Assembly: GCA_043754435.1 (NCBI GenBank) | Contig: JAYUUS010000067.1 | Location: 1-54,275, forward strand | DNA: 54,275 nt | Direction: 5' to 3' | From: Rhodanobacteraceae bacterium | Lineage (GTDB): Bacteria; Pseudomonadota; Gammaproteobacteria; Xanthomonadales; SZUA-5 | Shown here: positions 48,881 through 54,275 of the stretch, one piece after another | Numbering within the stretch: position 1 is the first letter of the stretch | Layout: the number at the start of each line of letters is the position of its first letter | The notes under the pieces: generated by a model | What the model was told of the DNA's origin: nothing | The model's input: only the letters and a program-made list of their open reading frames with translations | Database searches by the model: none | Program-made: the position numbers and the translations under genes

Positions 48881-49395
48881 CGCGCACCTGCAATCAACGC
48901 TTGCGTTAATGCTTTAAAACCCACCTCTACACCCTCCCCAGTCATCGCGCTGGCCTCAAATACCGGCATAGATTTACGTAATTCTGCCAGCATCGCGGCT
49001 GTCACTTCCCAGTCGTCCAAACGATCGAACTTATTCACCAATAAAACCGCTGGAAGCTCCGGGTTGGTTTCTTGACGCGCCTGCATAAGCAGATACAGCG
49101 CCGAGCGCAGGGTCGCTTCGCGGGTGCCATCGGCGACTAAAACCACGCCACTGGTGCCCTGTAAATAGCTCAGCTTGACGCTATCGAGCGCGCTTTTACC
49201 GGCAATATCCCACAGCACCAGTTTGACGCGGGGTGCATCAGGCAGCGTTGGTTCAAGCTGTTTGGTGTCAATTTTAACGCCGACTGTGGTTACATATTTT
49301 TCGCTAAAAGCCGAGTGTACAAAGCGCGCCACTAAGCTGGTTTTGCCCACGCCAAAATCACCCAGCATACAAACTTTTCGCGTTAATTCTTTCAC
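48877..49395 (-). CDS. Rab/Ras-like small GTPase
   Basis: G1 GDFGVGKT, G2 YVTTVG, G3 WDIAG, G4 NKFD, G5 EASA; 172 aa. Confidence 0.92.
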   Translation of the reverse strand: MKELTRKVCMLGDFGVGKTSLVARFVHSAFSEKYVTTVGVKIDTKQLEPTLPDAPRVKLVLWDIAGKSALDSVKLSYLQGTSGVVLVADGTREATLRSALYLLMQARQETNPELPAVLLVNKFDRLDDWEVTAAMLAELRKSMPVFEASAMTGEGVEVGFKALTQALIAGAR

Positions 49396-49642
49396 GGCTG
49401 GCGACTATAAAAAATTGAACTCATGGAAAGTATTAAACTCTAAAAAATAGGAAACGTTTATAAAAAGCAGAACGCATTGGTAAATATTGATGGCGACGTC
49501 AGCCGGATTAGGCTGGATAGTGATGGCGCGAACTAAGTTCCGCAATGCGTCAAAGTATTCAATAAGCAAGATTCGTGCAAGAAGTTTTGTTTGAATGTTT
49601 TGGCATACGCAAAACTATCCAGAGAAGCTGCACTCTACACCG

Positions 49643-49797
49643 CAATGCCATTAATTTAACGAAATTCCGCGAAAGATTCGTCATCGCGAGGAGCGCAGCG
49701 ACGTGGCGATCTCCATACGCGTCGAGTAAAAAACTAGATTGCTTCACTGCGTTCGCAAAGACGAATCGGTGACTTTTCCCTTAAGTTAACGGCATTG
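49643..49797. mobile_element. 155-bp IS4-type MITE with a 10-bp target-site duplication
   Basis: TIRs CAATGCCATTAATTTAAC and CAATGCCGTTAACTTAAG (15/18); CTCTACACCG directly repeated at 49633-49642 and 49798-49807. Confidence 0.88.
49675..49767. repeat. REP/RPE-like palindrome nested in the MITE
   Basis: GATTCGTCATCGCGAGGAGCGCAGCGACGTGGCGATCT...AGATTGCTTCACTGCGTTCGCAAAGACGAATC; right arm nearly identical to that of 17638-17742. Confidence 0.82.
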
Positions 49798-49865
49798 CTC
49801 TACACCGATCCAACATGTCCAGTTAAGCTCGTCCTTCTAACCTCCTAAATCTATAGGTCACAAAC

Positions 49866-51140
49866 ATGACTCATTTGTCAGTTTATTTGACATCAGTAGC
49901 CGCAAGCGGCGCATTCGTGGGTAACTTGATCTCGTTTGACGCGCTTGGCGCGCATGTCCACGTTGGTGACGTTGGTGTCAATGCCGCTGAGCGATTACGC
50001 AAAATTCAAATGGCGGCGCGTAAATTGGCAGGCTTGAGCGGGTCAGACGCTGAACTTTTGGGAAGCTGGGATGAAGCGGCGCAGTGGGCTTTTTTTCAAG
50101 GCTACGCAAGCGCTAAAAAACCCGACGCCGTGGTGCTGACGCCGGCACTGGTGGCGCGAAAGCGTTGCGCGCTTTGGCTTAAACAAGTCACCAACGCCAC
50201 GCCAGAGGATTTAAGCCCGCAAGCTTTAGCCGATGAGAGCTTCCAGTTTTTGCGCGAATTTGGCGGCGTGAGCATCAGTGCCAGCCAGTTGGCCGGTGAT
50301 GCGCTCGCGGCGGCTGGCTATGTTGGCCTGCATGGCGTGGGCCGTGGCTCCGTGCGCGGCGCGGTGCTGCTCAGCCTTGATTTTAACCCAACGGGTGATC
50401 CAGATGCGCCGGTCGCTGCGGCGCTGGTGGGCAAAGGGATTACTTTTGATTCCGGCGGCTATTCGATTAAAGAAAGTGCCGGCATGGTCACCATGAAGCA
50501 CGATATGGGCGGTGCCGCGACGGTAACTGCTGCGTTGGCGCTCGCGATTGCGGGCGGGCTGAACAAACGTGTGAAGATGTTTTTATGCTGCGCGGAAAAT
50601 TTAATTAGCGGCCACGCTTACAAGTTGGGCGATATTTTGCGCTATCGCAATGGCGTTAGCGTCGAAGTGGTTAACACCGATGCCGAAGGCCGATTGGTAT
50701 TAGCCGATGGCTTGCTGGATGCCGCAGCCACCGGCGCACCCTGGATTTTTGACGCAGCGACGTTGACCGGTGCCGCCGTAGTTGCCACGGGCGGCGACTA
50801 CAACGCGGTTTTTAGCACCAGCCGCGAAGCCAGCGCGCAGTATTTGCAGTGGGCTGAGGCTTGTGATGAGCCGCACTGGCCGTTGCCGCTGGCCGCGTTT
50901 CATCAGTTCAAATGCCCAAGCCCGTATGCCGATACCGCAAATTCCCGCGCCGTTAAAGGCGGCGGGCCGGGCGGCGCCAGCAATGCGGCCGGGTTTTTGT
51001 CGCGCTTTGTACCGCCAGATCGCCAATGGATTCACTTGGATCTAGCCGCTTCATTTGCGGAAAGCGACGGCCCGATGTTTGCCGCCGGTGCCACCGGCAT
51101 CGGCATGCGGACTTTGGCGCATGCGCTGCTGCAGGTATAG
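49866..51140 (+). CDS. pepB: M17 leucyl aminopeptidase, PepB type
   Basis: VGKGITFDSGGYSIK, MKHDMGG, NTDAEGRLVLAD, ATLTGA; PepB-like short N-terminal domain. Confidence 0.85.
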   Translation: MTHLSVYLTSVAASGAFVGNLISFDALGAHVHVGDVGVNAAERLRKIQMAARKLAGLSGSDAELLGSWDEAAQWAFFQGYASAKKPDAVVLTPALVARKRCALWLKQVTNATPEDLSPQALADESFQFLREFGGVSISASQLAGDALAAAGYVGLHGVGRGSVRGAVLLSLDFNPTGDPDAPVAAALVGKGITFDSGGYSIKESAGMVTMKHDMGGAATVTAALALAIAGGLNKRVKMFLCCAENLISGHAYKLGDILRYRNGVSVEVVNTDAEGRLVLADGLLDAAATGAPWIFDAATLTGAAVVATGGDYNAVFSTSREASAQYLQWAEACDEPHWPLPLAAFHQFKCPSPYADTANSRAVKGGGPGGASNAAGFLSRFVPPDRQWIHLDLAASFAESDGPMFAAGATGIGMRTLAHALLQV

Positions 51141-51151
51141 AGATTTTGCTA

Positions 51152-52306
51152 TTGCGTCCGCTTACAGGTAAAAATCGGCCCATCACCGTACTGCAAATCG
51201 TGCCCAAGCTTGATACCGGTGGCGCAGAACGCAGCGCGATCGAAATCGCCGAGGCGCTAGTCGCCGCTGGCCATCGCGCCATTATCGTTGCTAAGCCTGG
51301 GCGCTGGAGCAGTTGGGCACAGCGCGTGGGTGCTGAGCTGATCGCGCTTGATCTGGGTCGGAAAAGCCCGCTGGTGTTACTCAGCTTGTACAAACTGCGG
51401 CGTATATTGCTGGCAGTGCAGCCCGATATTGTCCACACGCGCTCGCGTTTGCCCAGCTGGCTCACTTGGTTAACGCTCAAAAGCTTAGCCAAATCCAAAC
51501 GCCCGCATTGGGCCACCACCGTACACGGACTGCATTCGGTCAGCCGCTACAGCGCCATTCAGCATGCCGGCACGCTGGCAATTGCGGTTAGTGAAACCGC
51601 CAAAAACTACGTGCTTAAGTATTATCCCAACGTGCGCAGCATGGATTTAACCGTGATTGAGCGGGGTGCCGACACCAAACTTTTTTACCCGGCGCAAAAC
51701 ACCGCCGCATGGCAAAGCGCTTTTCAGGCCCAGTTTCCGGGCTTAATAGGCAAAAAACTGTTGCTGTTGGCGGGGCGCGGCACACGCTTAAAAGGCCATA
51801 GCGACGCGCTGCATTTACTCGCCAATTTGCGCCAGCACGGCGTGGATGCCGCGCTTTTTTTTGCCGGCATTGTGGAAGCCGAGCGCAGCGCTTATCTGAG
51901 TGAAATCAAGCAGCTTTGTGCTGATTTAGACTTAACCAACGTAACCGTTTTTAGTGCATCGCGGACGGATCTGCCCGCATTGTATGCACACGCAGCGTTG
52001 GTGTTGCAGCTATCAAATCGCCCGGAAAGCTTTGGCCGTACCGTCGCCGAAGCGTTGCTGTGCGGCGCACCGGTGCTGGGTTTTGATCACGGCGGCGTGG
52101 GCGAGCAATTACGCGCCGCCTTTCCCGCTGGCCTAGTGCCGCTCGGGGATCGCGCGCAACTGGTGGAACGCGCGCGCGCGCTGCTGCAAACGCCCGCTCA
52201 TGATTTCGCCGTCGATTTAGCAAAAGTGCCGACCTTGACGCAAATGCAGGGTAAAACGCTTAGCTGCTATCAAGCCCTGCTGCAACGTCAAGTTGAAAAA
52301 AGCTAG
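51152..52306 (+). CDS. GT4-family glycosyltransferase
   Basis: VLQIVPKLDTGGAER, VHTRSRLP, GRGTRLKG, PESFGRTVAEAL; start uncertain (TTG 51146 or 51152). Confidence 0.87.
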   Translation: MRPLTGKNRPITVLQIVPKLDTGGAERSAIEIAEALVAAGHRAIIVAKPGRWSSWAQRVGAELIALDLGRKSPLVLLSLYKLRRILLAVQPDIVHTRSRLPSWLTWLTLKSLAKSKRPHWATTVHGLHSVSRYSAIQHAGTLAIAVSETAKNYVLKYYPNVRSMDLTVIERGADTKLFYPAQNTAAWQSAFQAQFPGLIGKKLLLLAGRGTRLKGHSDALHLLANLRQHGVDAALFFAGIVEAERSAYLSEIKQLCADLDLTNVTVFSASRTDLPALYAHAALVLQLSNRPESFGRTVAEALLCGAPVLGFDHGGVGEQLRAAFPAGLVPLGDRAQLVERARALLQTPAHDFAVDLAKVPTLTQMQGKTLSCYQALLQRQVEKS

Positions 52307-52308
52307 AC

Positions 52309-52869
52309 ATGACGGAATTCCCTACACTCCTCACACCCCGGCTGATGCTGCGTCAAATCATACCCAGTGACGCCCCTGCCCTATTCGCCAACCACAGCAA
52401 CGCTGCCGCCATGCCGCTGTTTGGTAGCGACCCTTTGACCGAATTAGCGCAGGCGCAAAAGCTCATTGAAACCTTCGAAGCTGCGCGCAACTGGCCCAAT
52501 CCCGGCATGCGCTTTGCCATCGCGCTGAAAACCCAGCCTGAGCTGATGCTCGGCAGCTGCGGAATATTTAAGCAAAACCGTGCTTGGCACAGCGCAATTT
52601 TAGGCTATGACGTGGCCTTGAATATGCGTGGCTGCGGCATAGGTAACGAAGCCGTCAGCGCCGTACTCGATTGGGCCTTTGCCGCCCTCAAGCTCAACCG
52701 CATTGAGGCGCAAGTACACCCAGAAAATATCGCCTCGATGCGCCTGCTCACCCGCTTGGGTTTCGTGCGCGAAGCGCTGCAGCGCGAGGCCGGTTTTTGG
52801 GGCGGACGCCATCAGGATTTGGTGCTGATGGGGTTATTGCGTAAGGAGTGGCGACGACAGCCCTTTTGA
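52309..52869 (+). CDS. RimJ/RimL-family GNAT N-acetyltransferase
   Basis: LLTPRLMLR, LGY, RGCGIGNEA, LNRIEAQVHPENIASMRLL..LGF. Confidence 0.9.
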   Translation: MTEFPTLLTPRLMLRQIIPSDAPALFANHSNAAAMPLFGSDPLTELAQAQKLIETFEAARNWPNPGMRFAIALKTQPELMLGSCGIFKQNRAWHSAILGYDVALNMRGCGIGNEAVSAVLDWAFAALKLNRIEAQVHPENIASMRLLTRLGFVREALQREAGFWGGRHQDLVLMGLLRKEWRRQPF

Positions 52870-52913
52870 AAACCAGACTGACACAGTGGAGCGGAGTCTT
52901 TCAGCCACTCGAA

Positions 52914-53309
52914 TCAGCCCATCGCAGAGCGCGCTGCTTGTGCTAAAAACCCTGAGCGGGTTGCGCCATGTGACTTGGCGTAGTCATCGATTTTTGCCAG
53001 CAGCAATCGCGGCAAAGTAATGTTGATTTTTTCGGCAGGCCCAAAATAGCGCTCTATATCGACCTCGACCACCGCCCAAACCCACTTTACACACTCCGGG
53101 TCAGATTGATGCACTGAAAGCGGTTGCGCCAAAGGTATGTCTAAGCCATCTTCAATTAAAGTTTCACAGTGAAAATCAATCGCCGCCTTAGCGTTATCCA
53201 AAGCCTCATCAAGCGTGTCTCCAGCGGCAAAACACCCTGGCAAGTCGGGGACCAAAACGCCAAACGCAGTCGATTCAGTGCCGGGTTCAATTGCTAAAAC
53301 AAATTTCAT
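52914..53309 (-). CDS. hicB: HicB antitoxin
   Basis: VPDLPGCFAAGDTLDEAL; C-terminal RHH KINITLP...TRSGFLA. Confidence 0.93.
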   Translation of the reverse strand: MKFVLAIEPGTESTAFGVLVPDLPGCFAAGDTLDEALDNAKAAIDFHCETLIEDGLDIPLAQPLSVHQSDPECVKWVWAVVEVDIERYFGPAEKINITLPRLLLAKIDDYAKSHGATRSGFLAQAARSAMG

Positions 53310-53318
53310 AGTGATCCT

Positions 53319-53498
53319 CTATTTTATCCCGGCCTGTTTCAACAATTTGTGCGTAATCCCAATTCCTAAGGATTTTGGGTGCGGCACACTAATATGCCCC
53401 GGCTTTTCTGGGTGCTTATAGATATGGTGACTGCCACGGACGCCCCGCAATACCCAACCTGCCGCCAAAAGAAGTTGAATGATCTGCTTACTATTCAT
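53319..53498 (-). CDS. hicA: HicA toxin
   Basis: MNSKQIIQLL...GW...GSHHIYKHP...VPHP; 59 aa. Confidence 0.92.
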   Translation of the reverse strand: MNSKQIIQLLLAAGWVLRGVRGSHHIYKHPEKPGHISVPHPKSLGIGITHKLLKQAGIK

Positions 53499-53644
53499 TG
53501 GTCTATTGTAGCAATCCACAAAGCCGATAAAATACGCTGCAGGCCAAATTATAGCGTCTTGTGTTTGCACAAAGCTCCGCTTCATTCCATACACAGCCAA
53601 GCTGACGCATACTTGCCACCTGATAGATTAGAACCGCAGAAATT

Positions 53645-54199
53645 ATGAGCTATAGCCGTAGCAGCGAACCCGTGCGCTTTGAGCGCAACTGCAAAGCGAT
53701 TTTGGTGCCCGCTGGCGATGAAGTGGAGTTACCCGTGGGCAGCATTGGCTACATTACCCAAGCTTTGGGCGGTAGTTTTACCGTATATGTCGAAGGCAAT
53801 TTGTTTCGGATCGCCAATGATGATGCGGATGCGATTGGCAAAGAGCCTATGGCGGCACCGGAGCTGCCGGAAAATGCCAGTGACGATGATGTCGAAAAAG
53901 TGGTCTGGCAGCAGTTGAAAACTTGTTTCGACCCGGAAATACCGGTCAACATCGTCGAATTAGGTTTGGTCTATGAGGTACAGCTCACCCCGACAAGTGA
54001 TGGCAAACGCAATGTTGCGGTCAAATTGACGCTCACCGCACCCGGCTGCGGCATGGGTGAAACGCTCACGAACGACGTGACGCGCGTATTAGAGCTGATT
54101 CCGACCATCCATCAAGCCGATGTCGAGCTGACCTTCGACCCGCCGTGGAATCGCGACATGATGAGCGATGTCGCCAAGCTTGAAACTGGCATGCTTTGA
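53645..54199 (+). CDS. sufT: Fe-S cluster assembly protein SufT (DUF59)
   Basis: ITQALGGSFTV, CFDPEIPVNIVELGLVY, TLTAPGCGMG, FDPPW. Confidence 0.93.
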   Translation: MSYSRSSEPVRFERNCKAILVPAGDEVELPVGSIGYITQALGGSFTVYVEGNLFRIANDDADAIGKEPMAAPELPENASDDDVEKVVWQQLKTCFDPEIPVNIVELGLVYEVQLTPTSDGKRNVAVKLTLTAPGCGMGETLTNDVTRVLELIPTIHQADVELTFDPPWNRDMMSDVAKLETGML

Positions 54200-54239
54200 T
54201 TAAGTTATTGTGGATTTAGGGTTTGTTGTTGCCGTTCGC

Positions 54240-54275
54240 CCTGAGCCTGTCGAAGGGCCCTTCGACAGGCTCAGG
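54240..54275. repeat. Perfect 36-bp palindrome (CCTGAGCCTGTCGAAGGG-type REP-like element), running to the window end
   Basis: CCTGAGCCTGTCGAAGGG followed directly by its exact reverse complement CCCTTCGACAGGCTCAGG. Confidence 0.8.

Noticed and set aside
49559-49772. Short ORFs of 62 and 65 aa
   Set aside because: They run through the MITE and palindrome, so they are by-products of the repeat.

Overview
Chromosomal window of a gammaproteobacterium. A Xanthomonadales/Lysobacterales-like lineage is my inference, based on the IPTL-CTERM protein, the pheT-ihfA-MerR-tRNA-Pro order and sufT. Core genes include rph-rdgB, two dsbC paralogs, aceA, tRNA-Pro(GGG), infC-rpmI-rplT-pheS-pheT-ihfA (no thrS), ettA, mutY, pepB and sufT. 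Accessory modules are interspersed among them. (i) A GT4-PAP2-btaA-btaB phosphorus-free lipid operon with a candidate Pho box and a duplicated, translationally coupled 17-aa mini-ORF. (ii) A MacAB-type exporter operon with a consensus sigma-54 promoter, its own NtrC-type activator and an intramembrane-sensing kinase. (iii) A DUF4331/TPR pair with an inserted domain. (iv) An orphan lasso-cyclase-like asparagine synthetase homolog. (v) A toxin-antitoxin pair ending in a decayed integron attC site split by a MITE. (vi) A Rab-like small GTPase coupled to an intact but catalytically eroded hybrid histidine kinase, the best candidate for an undescribed system. (vii) An IS4-type MITE carrying a REP-like hairpin. 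(viii) A collapsed ATPase+DUF4276 relic. No CRISPR array, rRNA, integrase, transposase or prophage was seen. Family assignments come from motif recognition only; no database searches were run.
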